From assembly GCA_025774545.1 (NCBI GenBank), contig JALGVU010000002.1:1-57734 (forward strand): 57,734 nucleotides of DNA, written 5' to 3'. Shown here one piece after another: positions 48,045 to 57,713 of this stretch; within the stretch, counting starts at the first letter, position 1, and each line of letters begins with the position of its first letter. Origin of the DNA: a bacterium. Its GTDB lineage: Bacteria > Joyebacterota > Joyebacteria > Joyebacterales > Joyebacteraceae. The position numbers and the translations under genes are program-made. The notes beneath the pieces were generated by a model. That model had not been told where the DNA came from and did no database searches. It saw only the letters and a list, made by a program, of their open reading frames with translations.

Positions 48045-48827
48045 CTACGGCAGCAACTCCCCGACCTCGTACGCGATCATCGCGGCGATGGCCGCCGCCG
48101 CCCAGTCGGCCTTGAGGATCCGCCGCCCGACGCTCACCGAGCGCGCTCCGTGCCCCGCGAGCGCTGCGATCTCGGCGGGCGTCAGTCCGCCCTCGGGTCC
48201 GACCACGAGGACGGCCGTCCGAGCCCCGCGCGCCTCTCTGAGCGTCTCGCGGAGCGACGCCGCCCCCTCCTCTTCCCACGCGACGAGCGCGAGGTCGGAG
48301 CCGCGAGCGAGGGCGCCGATCTCCGAGAGGTTCCTCGCGGCCTCGATGCGCGGGAGGAACACCCCGCGCGACTGCTTCACGGCCGCGGCAGCTATCCCCT
48401 CCCACCGTTCGATCCTCTTCGCGTCGACCCGCCCGTCGACGCCCGCGGCGGTCCTCTCGGTGACGAGCGGCACGATCGCGGCGACGCCGAGTTCGGCGCA
48501 CCGCCGGACGATCTCGTCGAAGGAGCGACCCTTCAGAAGCGACTGTGCGACCGTGAGTCGAACGCCCTCGTCGCGGGAGCGCGTTCGCGCGTCGAGGATG
48601 TCGGCCTCGATCGAGGAGGATGACGTCCGCTCGACCCGGGCGATCGCCTCGGACCCACGCCCATCGATGAGCCGAACGAAATCGCCCTCGCGGACGCGCG
48701 CGACGCGGATGGCGTGGTGTCCCTCGGGACCATCAATGACGACCGCCCGACACCTGAGGGAACCGGGCGGAACGACGTAGGTGTCGAGCTGCCAGACGCG
48801 CGGATCGTCGAGATCGCGATTCGCCAA
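48045..48827 (-). CDS. rsmE: 16S rRNA (uracil1498-N3)-methyltransferase
   Basis: PUA-like N-terminus (HHAIRVARVREGDFVRLIDGRG) and a SPOUT C-terminus (VLVVGPEGGLTPAEI...SVGRRILKADWAA). It lies downstream of dnaJ, as in Firmicutes. Confidence 0.85.
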   Translation of the reverse strand: MANRDLDDPRVWQLDTYVVPPGSLRCRAVVIDGPEGHHAIRVARVREGDFVRLIDGRGSEAIARVERTSSSSIEADILDARTRSRDEGVRLTVAQSLLKGRSFDEIVRRCAELGVAAIVPLVTERTAAGVDGRVDAKRIERWEGIAAAAVKQSRGVFLPRIEAARNLSEIGALARGSDLALVAWEEEGAASLRETLREARGARTAVLVVGPEGGLTPAEIAALAGHGARSVSVGRRILKADWAAAAIAAMIAYEVGELLP

Positions 48828-48875
48828 GTGCTCGCCTCCTCGGGCCGCGCGGCCGCGACCCTCTCGAACCGCGCG

Positions 48876-49997
48876 CTAGCTCGGCCTCTTCGGCCCGGGC
48901 ACCTTCCCGGACGAGAGCTCGCCCAGGCGCTTCAGGGCTCGTCTCTCCTCGGAGTTCGGCCGCCTCGGGACCCAGACGTCGACGCGGACCAGCTCGTCGC
49001 CCACTCCCCTGCCCCGGAGGTGCTGGATCCCCTTCCCGCGCATCCGGAGGATCCTGCCGGAGGGCGTTCCGGCGGGGATCTTGAGGCGCGCCTTGCCGTT
49101 CAGCGTCGGGACCTCGAGCTGTCCGCCGAGCGCGGCGACGTCGATCGAGACGGGGAGCTCGATCAGGACGTCGTCGCCATGCCGCTCGAACAGCTTGTGG
49201 GAGAGCTCCTCGATCATCACGATGAGATGCCCGTTGGGCCCGCCCCGCGGTCCCGCGTTCCCGCCGCCCTCGATCGGGATGTAGTTCCCGGTCGCCACGC
49301 CGTGCGGGACGGTCACCTCGACGACCTCGCTCCCCTTCGTGAGCCCCTTCCCCCCGCACTTCTCGCAGTGCTCCTCTATGATCTCGCCCATCCCGGCGCA
49401 CCTCCGGCACGGCATCACGGACTGGAACGCGCCGAAGAGCCCGAGGTTCTGCTGGGTCATGACCCGGCCCGAGCCGCGGCACTCCGGACAGGTCGAGGGG
49501 TTCGTCCCCTTCTTCGCGCCCGAGCCGCCGCACTCGCCGCAACGCACGAGGCGAGAAACCTTGATCTTCTTCTTGACGCCCTCCGCGATCTCCTCGAGCG
49601 TCAGCTTGAGACGGACCCGGATGTCCGAGCCCTTGCGCTTCCCGGGACGCCCGCCGCGCACGCCGGCCCCGCCGAAGAGATCCTCGAAGATCCCCTCACC
49701 ACGGAACGCGTTCATGAACGTGCGAAGGGCGTCGTTCATGTCGAAGTCGGTGGGACCGAAGCCGGACGGCCCGGCTCCTATCCCCGCCGCCCCGAACTGA
49801 TCGTACTGGGCGCGCTTGTCGGCGTCCGAGAGGACCTCGAAGGCCTCGGTCGCCTCCTTGAACTTCTCCTCGGCCGCTTCGTCCCCGGGATTCTTGTCGG
49901 GGTGATGCTTGAACGCGAGATCCCGGTACGACTTCTTGATGTCGTCGGGGGACGCGTCGCGTCCGACACCCAGGACGTCGTAGTAGTCACGGGGCAT
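48876..49997 (-). CDS. dnaJ: Chaperone DnaJ
   Basis: J-domain with HPD (YYDVLGV...KHHPDKN), a G/F region, and four CxxCxGxG zinc-finger repeats. Confidence 0.95.
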   Translation of the reverse strand: MPRDYYDVLGVGRDASPDDIKKSYRDLAFKHHPDKNPGDEAAEEKFKEATEAFEVLSDADKRAQYDQFGAAGIGAGPSGFGPTDFDMNDALRTFMNAFRGEGIFEDLFGGAGVRGGRPGKRKGSDIRVRLKLTLEEIAEGVKKKIKVSRLVRCGECGGSGAKKGTNPSTCPECRGSGRVMTQQNLGLFGAFQSVMPCRRCAGMGEIIEEHCEKCGGKGLTKGSEVVEVTVPHGVATGNYIPIEGGGNAGPRGGPNGHLIVMIEELSHKLFERHGDDVLIELPVSIDVAALGGQLEVPTLNGKARLKIPAGTPSGRILRMRGKGIQHLRGRGVGDELVRVDVWVPRRPNSEERRALKRLGELSSGKVPGPKRPS

Positions 49998-50036
49998 GGG
50001 CCTTGGGTCTCCCTTCGCCTGGCGCCCGAACCGGGG

Positions 50037-51968
50037 CTAATCGTCGTCGACGACCTCGTAGTCGGCGTCGACCACGCCGTCGTCACCGCCGCCCTCGGGC
50101 GCGGCCCCACCGCCGGGGGCGCCGCCGGCCGCCTGGGCCTGCGGTCCGGCCCCTGGACCGGCCTGGGCGCCGGCGTACATCTTCTCTGCGAGCTTGTACG
50201 ACGCGGTCTGGAGCGCGTCCATGTCGCGTTTGATCGCCTCCGCATCGCCGTCCTTGAGCGTCGCCTTCAGGGTCTCGATCGCCGATTCGATGTCCGAGCG
50301 TTCGCCCGAGTCGAGAGCGTCGCCGTGCTCCTTCATGGTCTTCTCGGTCGTGTACATGAGCGAGTCGGCCTGGTTCCGAAGCTCGATCTCCTCTCTCCTC
50401 GCCTCGTCCTCGGTCGAGTGCTCCTCGGCGTCCTTGACCATCTTGTCGATCTCGTTATCGGAGAGCCCGCTCGAAACCTCGATCCTGATCTTCTGCTCCT
50501 TGCCGGTCCCGAGGTCCTTCGCCGAGACGTGGACGATGCCGTTCGCGTCGATGTCGAAGGTCACCTCGATCTGGGGCATGCCCCTCGGCGCCGGCGGAAT
50601 GCCGACCAGATCGAACCGTCCGAGCGTCCGGTTCTGTCCGACCATCGGGCGCTCGCCCTGGAGCACGTGGATCGAGACGGCCGGCTGGCTGTCGGCCGCC
50701 GTCGAGAAGATCTGGCTCTTCTTGGTCGGGATCGTCGTGTTCCGCTCGATGAGCTTCGTCATGACCCCACCCAAGGTCTCGATGCCGAGCGAGAGCGGCG
50801 TCACGTCGAGAAGGAGGACGTCCTGGACGTCCGACTCGCCGGCCAGGATCGCGCCCTGGATCGCCGCGCCGACCGCGACGACCTCGTCCGGATTCACGCC
50901 CTTGTGGGGATCCCTGCCGAAGATCTGCTTCACCTTCTCCTGAACCGCCGGCATCCGAGTGGTGCCGCCGACCAGGATGACCTCGTCGACGTCGCCGGCC
51001 GCGAGCTTCGCGTCGGCGAGCGCCTGCTTGCACGGACCGACGGTCCGCTCCACGAGGTCCTCGACGAGCGACTCGAGCTTCGCCCGCGTGAGCTTCATCG
51101 TGAGGTGCTTCGGGCCCGTCTGGTCGGCCGTGATGAACGGGAGATTGATGTCGGTCTCGAGGGTCGAACTGAGCTCGACCTTGGCCTTCTCCGCGGCCTC
51201 CTTCAGACGCTGGAGCGCCATCGGGTCGTTCCTGAGATCGACGCCGTTCTCACTCTTGAACTCGTCGGCGATCCAGTCGATCACGCGCTGGTCGAGATTG
51301 TCGCCGCCCAGGTGCGTGTCGCCGTTCGTCGCGAGGACCTTCACGAGGCCCTCATCGATCTCGAGGATCGAGATGTCGAACGTGCCGCCGCCGAAGTCGT
51401 AGACGGCGATCTTCTCCTGACCCTTCTTGTCGAGCCCGTAGGCCAAGGAAGCCGCCGTCGGCTCGTTGATGATGCGGAGCACCTCGAGCCCGGCGACCCG
51501 ACCTGCGTCCTTCGTCGCCTGACGCTGGGCGTCGTTGAAGTAGGCCGGGACCGTGACGACCGCCTTCTCGACCTTCTCGCCGAGATGCTGCTCGGCGGTG
51601 TTCTTCATCGCCTGGAGGATCATCGCCGAGATCTCCGGCGGGGCGTACTGCTTGCCCTGCGCCTCGATCCTCACGTCGCCGTTCGAGTCCTTGATGACCT
51701 TGTAGGGAACCAGCGTGATCTCCTCGCTCACCTCGTCGTATCGCCGCCCCATGAATCGTTTGATCGAGAAGATCGTGTTCTCCGGGTTCGTGACCGCCTG
51801 CCGCTTCGCGACCTGTCCGACGAGCCGCTCCCCCGTCTTCGTGAAGGCGACCACCGACGGCGTCGTCCTCTGCCCCTCGGGACTCGGGATGACCGTCGCC
51901 TCGCCGCCCTCCATGACAGCGACGCAGGAGTTGGTGGTGCCCAGATCGATTCCGATGACCTTGCTCAT
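50037..51968 (-). CDS. dnaK: Chaperone DnaK (Hsp70)
   Basis: [22 protein letters not shown]..., DLGGGTFD, and other full-length Hsp70 signatures. ATG at 51968. Confidence 0.97.
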   Translation of the reverse strand: MSKVIGIDLGTTNSCVAVMEGGEATVIPSPEGQRTTPSVVAFTKTGERLVGQVAKRQAVTNPENTIFSIKRFMGRRYDEVSEEITLVPYKVIKDSNGDVRIEAQGKQYAPPEISAMILQAMKNTAEQHLGEKVEKAVVTVPAYFNDAQRQATKDAGRVAGLEVLRIINEPTAASLAYGLDKKGQEKIAVYDFGGGTFDISILEIDEGLVKVLATNGDTHLGGDNLDQRVIDWIADEFKSENGVDLRNDPMALQRLKEAAEKAKVELSSTLETDINLPFITADQTGPKHLTMKLTRAKLESLVEDLVERTVGPCKQALADAKLAAGDVDEVILVGGTTRMPAVQEKVKQIFGRDPHKGVNPDEVVAVGAAIQGAILAGESDVQDVLLLDVTPLSLGIETLGGVMTKLIERNTTIPTKKSQIFSTAADSQPAVSIHVLQGERPMVGQNRTLGRFDLVGIPPAPRGMPQIEVTFDIDANGIVHVSAKDLGTGKEQKIRIEVSSGLSDNEIDKMVKDAEEHSTEDEARREEIELRNQADSLMYTTEKTMKEHGDALDSGERSDIESAIETLKATLKDGDAEAIKRDMDALQTASYKLAEKMYAGAQAGPGAGPQAQAAGGAPGGGAAPEGGGDDGVVDADYEVVDDD

Positions 51969-52080
51969 GTGATCTCTTCCTCTCCGTCCCCGCCGTTGCG
52001 AGAACTCAACTGCCTTCGCTTGACGCTCCCCGAGCTCTCCGCGCAAGGAGCCGGATCGGCGCGCGGCGCGTCGTCGCGAG

Positions 52081-52716
52081 CTACTTCGCGACGGTCACCC
52101 GCGAACACCTGAGAAGCCTGTCTCCGATCGTGTATCCTCTGCGAACTTCCTGCACAATCTGATTCGATTCGTGTTCCTCCGATTCCACGTGGCCCACGGC
52201 CTCGTGGAGATTCGGGTCGAACTCCCTGCCGCACGCGACGAGGGGACGCACCCCGTGCTTCTCGAGGACGTCCACGAGATGCGTGAGGGTGAGCTCCACC
52301 CCCTGCCGGAACGGATCGTCCGGCGGCGGCGAGCCCGGGTCCTCACAGGCCACGGCGCGCTCGAAGTTGTCGACGACCTCGAGGACGTCGAGCAGAATCT
52401 CCTCACGCGCGCTCTGGGCCCAGCGCGAGCGGTCCCGCTCGACTCGCTTCTTGAAGTTGTCGAGATCGGCGAGCGCCCGGAGCCACTTGCCGTTCAGATC
52501 CGTGAGCTCGCCCCTCAGGCTCTCGATCTCAGCGATGATGTCGGCGGCGGTGGCGTCGGAGCCGTTCGAGGGTTCCGCCGACATCGCGTCCGCCCGGGAA
52601 CTTCCGCGCCCCTCGCGGTCCGCTGTCTCCGGGCGTCCATCCTCTCTACGCGCAGCGCCCAGTTTCGATTCGTCGACGCCGTCTCCGCGGCGCGTGTCGC
52701 CTCTTCGTCTTGGCAT
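52081..52716 (-). CDS. grpE: Nucleotide exchange factor GrpE
   Basis: ...[17 protein letters not shown]..., ...FDPNLHEAV.... GGGAGA-N4-ATG at 52716. The N-terminal ~45 aa are low-complexity; the ATG at 52584 is an alternative start. Confidence 0.9.
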   Translation of the reverse strand: MPRRRGDTRRGDGVDESKLGAARREDGRPETADREGRGSSRADAMSAEPSNGSDATAADIIAEIESLRGELTDLNGKWLRALADLDNFKKRVERDRSRWAQSAREEILLDVLEVVDNFERAVACEDPGSPPPDDPFRQGVELTLTHLVDVLEKHGVRPLVACGREFDPNLHEAVGHVESEEHESNQIVQEVRRGYTIGDRLLRCSRVTVAK

Positions 52717-52818
52717 CCGTTCTCCCGAATGTTCCCGCCCGCAGCACTTGGCCCAGCACCTGCCCCGGACGCGTGCGCGGGTCCCGGCCCGCCCAGGCCC
52801 CCGGGCGGTCCCCCCCAG

Positions 52819-53856
52819 CTAGGCGCCGCGCCCCGACAGCATCTCGCCCAGGGCCTCCGAGCAATAGTCGACGAGGCCGATGAGCCTCGGGTACTTCATC
52901 CGTGTCGGACCGATGACGCCCATCTGGCCGAGGCTCGCACCCACACGGTACGACCCGACCACGAGCGACATCTTCTTCATTTCCTTCCGGCGGTTCTCCC
53001 GTCCGATCGTCACCGTGACGCCCGAGTCCCCCGCCCTGTTCCTCACGAGGTCCGCTAGCTCATCCTCGTTGTCGAAGATCTCGCCCAGAAACGAGGCGTC
53101 CGCGGAGAACTCCGGATGCCGGAGAATGAACCGAGTTCCCTCGTAGTGGATGCGCTCGTCGCCCCGCGGGTGGAAGATCGGCGAGCTCTCCGCGAGGAGC
53201 CGAGCGACGAGGTTCTTCACCGGGACCGGCAGCTCCGCGAGGTGTTCCCTGAGCGCATCCTGCGCCTGCCCCACGGACTCGCCGCTCACCCACTCCGTGA
53301 CGAGCGCCGTGGCAGTCGAGAGATCCTCTGGGCCGAGCCACCGGGCCGTGCTGACGACGGCACTCCGAGTCATCCCGGCGCGCGTCGTCGCAACCGCGAG
53401 CACGCGTCGGCCCTCGAGCGAGACGAGCTTCACCTGCTCGATGATCTGTGTCTCGGTCGCAGGGGCAACCGTCACTGCCAGTTCCTTCGAGAACTCGCTC
53501 ATGAGTCGCGAGACGCCGGAGACGATGGTGCCGAGATCACCTCCCGAAAGCTGCGAGAGGCCCTCGTCGATCTGGACGCGCTCCCTCTCCGAGAGGCTCG
53601 CGGGCTCCATGAGGTGATCGACGTAGTGACGATACCCGGCGTCGGTCGGAACCCTCCCCGCGGAGGTGTGGGGCTGGTGAATGAGCCCCGCGTCCTCGAG
53701 TGACCGCATGACGTTCCTGACCGTCGCGGAGCTCAAACTCACGGGCCCGTGCCGGACCACGGCGCCCGAGCTCACGGGCCTCGCCGTCTTGACGTGGCAT
53801 TCGATGATCGACCGGAGGATCGTCTCCTCACGGTCCGCCAGCTGCACCTTCTTCAC
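52819..53856 (-). CDS. hrcA: Heat-inducible transcription repressor HrcA
   Basis: Winged-helix N-terminus (REETILRSIIECHVKTARPVSSGAV...SSATVRNVMRSLEDAGLI.QPHTSAGRVPT). GGAGGTG RBS and a GTG start. CIRCE lies immediately upstream. Confidence 0.93.
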   Translation of the reverse strand: MKKVQLADREETILRSIIECHVKTARPVSSGAVVRHGPVSLSSATVRNVMRSLEDAGLIHQPHTSAGRVPTDAGYRHYVDHLMEPASLSERERVQIDEGLSQLSGGDLGTIVSGVSRLMSEFSKELAVTVAPATETQIIEQVKLVSLEGRRVLAVATTRAGMTRSAVVSTARWLGPEDLSTATALVTEWVSGESVGQAQDALREHLAELPVPVKNLVARLLAESSPIFHPRGDERIHYEGTRFILRHPEFSADASFLGEIFDNEDELADLVRNRAGDSGVTVTIGRENRRKEMKKMSLVVGSYRVGASLGQMGVIGPTRMKYPRLIGLVDYCSEALGEMLSGRGA

Positions 53857-53881
53857 TCCCCACCTCCCGTGCCTTCGATCC

Positions 53882-53908
53882 TTAGCACTCTCATCAGGAG
53901 AGTGCTAA
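53882..53908 (-). promoter_or_regulatory. CIRCE operator (HrcA binding site), a perfect match to the consensus
   Basis: TTAGCACTC-N9-GAGTGCTAA at 53882-53908, between the -10 box and the hrcA start. Confidence 0.93.
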
Positions 53909-53914
53909 GGCCAC

Positions 53915-53943
53915 AAGATAGCGCCGCGGAAGGAGGGTGTCAA
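53915..53943 (-). promoter_or_regulatory. Sigma70-type promoter of hrcA-grpE-dnaK-dnaJ
   Basis: Minus strand reads TTGACA (53943-53938), N17, TATCTT (53920-53915). CIRCE begins 6 nt downstream of the -10 box. The -35 box overlaps the GH88 stop codon. Confidence 0.6.
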
Positions 53944-55226
53944 GGCGAAACGGGGGGCCGGACTGCCTCATCGCGCGCCTCAAGCCCTTGTCCGAGCGCT
54001 TCCAGGAAGTAGTAGTCCGCGTAGATGATCGGGACGTCGAGCTCCTGCCGCCTCTGCCGGTGTCCCGTGGCGTGGAGGAGGAGGGCCGGAGCCTCGATCC
54101 CGGCGTCGAGATACTCGGGCGTCGAGAGACGCCCGACGAGAGAGCGCGAGGCGGCGCGGTACCGCCGCGCTTCCGCCGTGTCGCGGACGGCCGACGCGAG
54201 CTTCAGAAGCCCGCTCGCGGCGATCGCGGCGGCCGACGAGTCCTTCGGTTCGTGCGCGTCGTCTGGGAGATCGAGGTCCCAGAAGGGGACGCCGTCAGGG
54301 GGAAGACGTTCGAGGAACGCGTCGGCCAGGCGGCGAGAGGTCTCGAGGAACAGAGGATCCCCGGTCTCCCGGTAGGCGACCGCGAAGCCGTGAAGCCCCC
54401 ACGCCTGCCCTCGGGCCCACGTCGAATCATCGGCACGCCCCTGCACCGTCCCGCGCGACAGTATCTCCCCCGTCTCGGGATCGTAGTCGACGACGTGGAA
54501 CGTGCTCCCGTCGTCGCGGACGTGGTCACGCATCGTCGTCAACGCGTGGGTCCGCGCGATCTCGGCGAGAGAGCGGTCGCCTCCCTCGCGCGCCGCCCAG
54601 AAGAGCAGCTCGAGGTTCATCATGCCGTCGATGACGACGGGGTACGCGAAGCGGCGCGAGCCGTCCCAGGATCGAATCGCGCCCACGTCGGGGTCGAACC
54701 GGCCCGCCAGGTGCTGCGCCGCCTCGAGCGCGACGGCGCGGTAGCTCTCATCGCCCGTGGCCTCGTACCCGCGCCCGAAGCTCAGAAGGATCACGAAGCC
54801 GACGTCGTGGCTCGGCGCGAATCTCTGATCCTTGAGCGGATCGGTCCAGCGCCGGGCCTCCTCGAGGAGGGCGCTCTCGCCGGTGACGTCGTAGAGCTGC
54901 CACAGGATCCCGGGGAAGAACCCGCTCGTCCACGCGCGGGGTCGCACGAGGTTCCACTCGCCGCCGCGCACGCTCCGCGGGTAGCCGTCCTCGGGCGAGT
55001 GGAGTCGCGCGAGCCCGAGGTAGAGCGACGCGGCGCGGTCGAGAATCCGACCGGGCGGAGTTGGGGCCTCTGAGGACGAGAGTGAGACCTGAACGATGGG
55101 AACCGCCGACTCCGTGCCGGGTCGGCCGGCCTTGGGCGCCCCGCCCGAGCGAGCGGACCCGAACGAGAGACAAACGAGGGGAACACAGAGGAGCGCCGAC
55201 CGCGCTGTGCGCGGGAGCGGGATCAC
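53940..55226 (-). CDS. Secreted glycoside hydrolase family 88-like protein (unsaturated glucuronyl/chondroitin-disaccharide hydrolase type)
   Basis: Signal peptide; alpha/alpha-barrel blocks WTSGFFPGILW, HDVGF, IDGMMNLELLFWA, STWARGQAWGLHGF and PFWDLD in GH88 order. GGAGGTG RBS and a GTG start. Confidence 0.78.
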   Translation of the reverse strand: MIPLPRTARSALLCVPLVCLSFGSARSGGAPKAGRPGTESAVPIVQVSLSSSEAPTPPGRILDRAASLYLGLARLHSPEDGYPRSVRGGEWNLVRPRAWTSGFFPGILWQLYDVTGESALLEEARRWTDPLKDQRFAPSHDVGFVILLSFGRGYEATGDESYRAVALEAAQHLAGRFDPDVGAIRSWDGSRRFAYPVVIDGMMNLELLFWAAREGGDRSLAEIARTHALTTMRDHVRDDGSTFHVVDYDPETGEILSRGTVQGRADDSTWARGQAWGLHGFAVAYRETGDPLFLETSRRLADAFLERLPPDGVPFWDLDLPDDAHEPKDSSAAAIAASGLLKLASAVRDTAEARRYRAASRSLVGRLSTPEYLDAGIEAPALLLHATGHRQRRQELDVPIIYADYYFLEALGQGLEARDEAVRPPVSP

Positions 55227-55280
55227 GTCACCACCTCCGGTCGGAGACGCGGAGCCGCACCGTAGGAAAGGCCGACGATG

Positions 55281-55916
55281 TCAACGGATGAGATCGAAGA
55301 TCCGGTCGCCGCGGGGACGCTTGAGCGTCCCGTCCCACGACCAGTAGATGAGCAGCGCCTTGCCCTTGAGCCGTCCGATGTCGAGGAAGCCCCAGTCCCG
55401 GCTGTCCGCGCTCCAGTTCCTGTTGTCGCCGAGCATGAAGAGCGACCCGTCGGGCACCTTCACCGGTCCGAAGTCTGCCCAGCGCGGCGTGGGCGGCTTG
55501 AGCTTGATGAACTCCTCGTCGACGCGCTCGTCGTTCACGTAGAGCACGTTGTTCTTGAGCTCGACGATGTCGCCCGGGACGCCGACGCAGCGCTTGACGT
55601 AGTTCTCCTTCTTCGCGCGCGGATCGGGGTTCGGGTACTCGAAGACGATGACGTCGCCGCGCGCCGGCTCCCGGATTCCCCGGAGGCGGATGTCGGTGAA
55701 CGGCACCTTGATGCCGTAGATGAACTTGTTGACGATCAGGAAGTCCCCGACGAGCAGGGTATCCTCCATCGAGCCGGACGGGATCCTGAAGGTCTGGACC
55801 ACGAACGCGCGCAGGACAAGCGCCAGCACGACGGCCGTGACGACCGTCTCGACGAAGTCCCTGAAGTAGGCCTTCCTTTGCGCGGCTCGCTTGGAGCTCG
55901 TCCCCCGCTTCGCCAT
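55281..55916 (-). CDS. lepB: Signal peptidase I
   Basis: IPSGSMEDTL (catalytic Ser box), GDVIVF, YVKRCVGVPGD (Lys box), MLGDNRNWSADSR. Confidence 0.93.
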   Translation of the reverse strand: MAKRGTSSKRAAQRKAYFRDFVETVVTAVVLALVLRAFVVQTFRIPSGSMEDTLLVGDFLIVNKFIYGIKVPFTDIRLRGIREPARGDVIVFEYPNPDPRAKKENYVKRCVGVPGDIVELKNNVLYVNDERVDEEFIKLKPPTPRWADFGPVKVPDGSLFMLGDNRNWSADSRDWGFLDIGRLKGKALLIYWSWDGTLKRPRGDRIFDLIR

Positions 55917-55965
55917 GCCGTGTCACCTCCTCGCCCGCGCAGGCGCGCGGGCGCATCGTCTCGTG

Positions 55966-56580
55966 TCAGAATCTGATCGCCACCCCGATCCTGAGGCCGG
56001 GATCGTCGTGCGCGCCGGCTCCGCTCCGCGAGCCCTCGAGCGACGGGGATGAGGGCTCGTCGAAATCCGCGAGATGGGCGTCGACGTAGGCGTCGGCGAG
56101 TCCGTAGATCGCCGCAACGACGACCCACCAGACGAGGGTCTGCCGGCGATCGAAGTGATCCGAGTACTCGTCGAAGTAACGCCCCTCGCCCGTCTCCTGG
56201 TAGCGACGGTACGAGTTCCGGGTCCGTCGGTCCTCGAGCACGAGCCTCGCGGCGAGGAAAGCCCCGATCCCTCCGACCGCCACGGCCTTCGCCTCCGTCC
56301 CGTTCAGGAGCTGCCCGAGCCCCGGGTAGACCGCCGAGGCCACGAGCGCCTGCGCTGCGTTCGGCGCGCGCTCGATGCGAGCCACGTTCGGGGACACGCG
56401 CTCGATGCGAGCCGATGTCCGTGACGCGCGATCGACGAGAGCCGGACTCGGCGACCGCGGTTCGAGCCGGGCCGCGTCTGCTGAATCGTCTTCCCCGTCG
56501 GCGCCGGCCGCCGGCGCAACGAGCGCGCCAGCGAGAGAGACTACCACGAAACACGAGACGGCCCCTCGCAGAAACGTCAA
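55966..56580 (-). CDS. DUF5683-like membrane/periplasmic protein (204 aa) with an internal 10-aa (30-nt) repeat
   Basis: The TTG start at 56580 overlaps the upstream stop (TTGA). Signal-like MTFLRGAVSCFVVVSLAGALVAPAAG. SAVYPGLGQLLNG... and ...WWVVVAAIYGLADAYVDAHL resemble DUF5683. The long ORF 55966..57312 is an Arg-rich extension. Confidence 0.6.
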   Translation of the reverse strand: MTFLRGAVSCFVVVSLAGALVAPAAGADGEDDSADAARLEPRSPSPALVDRASRTSARIERVSPNVARIERAPNAAQALVASAVYPGLGQLLNGTEAKAVAVGGIGAFLAARLVLEDRRTRNSYRRYQETGEGRYFDEYSDHFDRRQTLVWWVVVAAIYGLADAYVDAHLADFDEPSSPSLEGSRSGAGAHDDPGLRIGVAIRF

Positions 56581-57548
56581 ATCGCCAGCTCCCGCACGCC
56601 TCTCGGCCCCAAAGGACAGACCGTGAACTCCTGAGCGTCCCCTTCCACTTCCCACATCTGGACCCGCACCACGTCGCCCTCCTCGGTGTCGGCGTAGCGC
56701 GCCACGACCCCCGCGGCCGTCTCGAGGTCGGCCGCGTCCGGGCTCCCCTCGAGGACGCCCACCGGTCCCTTCCGATCGAGGACCTTGACGAAGAGCGCGT
56801 CGGCAGGCTTCAGCCCGAAGAGCTCCTCGTTCTCGCCGTGATTCCGTCCAACCGTGAGCTTGGCCCTGGGGGAGATCCTGAACTGCCGCCCGACGGCGAG
56901 GAGACGGATCGCCGCGACCGACAGCCCGTCGTGCTCCATGAGATCGCGGACGCCCCGCGAGTAGTTCTCGTCTGTGAGCAGGCACCCTCCCGCGGGCGAC
57001 GCGTAGCGGGTGATGCCGAACTGCTTCGCGAGGTCCATCTGGGGCTTCCTCGTCCGGCCGTGCAGGCCCAGGAGCCCCGCGCGGTCGACCCATCCCTCGG
57101 TCTCGGGAATCGTCGCCGGGAGCAGTTTGGCGGAGAGCGGCCTGAGCAGAAGTCCGGTCAGATTCGACTCCCTCTCGACGGCCGCCAGTCCGTAGCGCAT
57201 CTGGGACTTCGGCCTCTGTCCGACGACCTCGCCGGTCACGATGAACGACGCCCCGAGTTCCTCCATCCTCTCCGCGGCGCGGCGCAGCATGAGCGCGTGG
57301 CAGTCGATGCACGGGTTCACGTGCCTCCCGAATCCGTGCTTTGGCCCGCGGATGACATCGAGCACGTCCTCGCTGATATCGATGACGATGAGCTCGATCC
57401 CGAGTTCCTCGGCGCTCCGCTTGGCGTTGTCGGCGTCGAAGAACGGGGACTCGAAGCTGACGCCCACGACCTCGATGCCCTGTTCCATCAAGAGCCGCGC
57501 GGCCAGGATGCTGTCGAGCCCACCTGAAACGAGCGCGATCGCCTTCAT
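56577..57548 (-). CDS. PP-loop ATP pyrophosphatase, ThiI/MnmA-like (putative tRNA thiolation enzyme)
   Basis: MKAIALVSGGLDS PP-loop motif; ...NPCIDCH..., ...FIVTGEVVGQRP.... ATG at 57548. The ORF-track start at 57695 would run through the tRNA-Sec gene. Confidence 0.8.
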   Translation of the reverse strand: MKAIALVSGGLDSILAARLLMEQGIEVVGVSFESPFFDADNAKRSAEELGIELIVIDISEDVLDVIRGPKHGFGRHVNPCIDCHALMLRRAAERMEELGASFIVTGEVVGQRPKSQMRYGLAAVERESNLTGLLLRPLSAKLLPATIPETEGWVDRAGLLGLHGRTRKPQMDLAKQFGITRYASPAGGCLLTDENYSRGVRDLMEHDGLSVAAIRLLAVGRQFRISPRAKLTVGRNHGENEELFGLKPADALFVKVLDRKGPVGVLEGSPDAADLETAAGVVARYADTEEGDVVRVQMWEVEGDAQEFTVCPLGPRGVRELAI

Positions 57549-57614
57549 TGCCTTGGACACCTCGAGCCTGCCCGCGGTCGAGCGCGGGCCCGTCTTGAGC
57601 CCCGGGGGAAGAAC

Positions 57615-57713
57615 TGGCGGGAATGTGTGGGAATCGAACCCACCTCGGACGGGATTAGCCGCCCGACTTAAGGGTTTGAAGCCCTCGAGGCCCACCAGGA
57701 CCTATCCATTCCC
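57615..57713 (-). tRNA. selC: tRNA-Sec (selenocysteine, anticodon UCA), GCCA 3' end encoded
   Basis: Hand fold: acceptor GGGAAUG(G)/(A)CAUUCCC, then G73-CCA. 6-bp D-stem AGGUCC/GGGCCU with a 4-nt loop UGGU. Anticodon arm GAGGG-CUUCAAA-CCCUU. Long variable arm (~26 nt, stem UCGGGCGG/CCGUCCGA). T-arm GUGGG-UUCGAUU-CCCAC. The layout parallels E. coli selC. The 8th acceptor pair is a G-A mismatch. Confidence 0.8.

Noticed and set aside
48714-52112. 1,132-aa plus ORF
   Set aside because: It is antisense to rsmE, dnaJ and dnaK, all of which are unmistakable on the minus strand.
57549-57695. N-terminal 49-codon extension of the PP-loop ATPase ORF (track start 57695)
   Set aside because: The extension runs through the tRNA-Sec gene. 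The canonical N-terminus MKAIALVSGGLDS begins at 57548.
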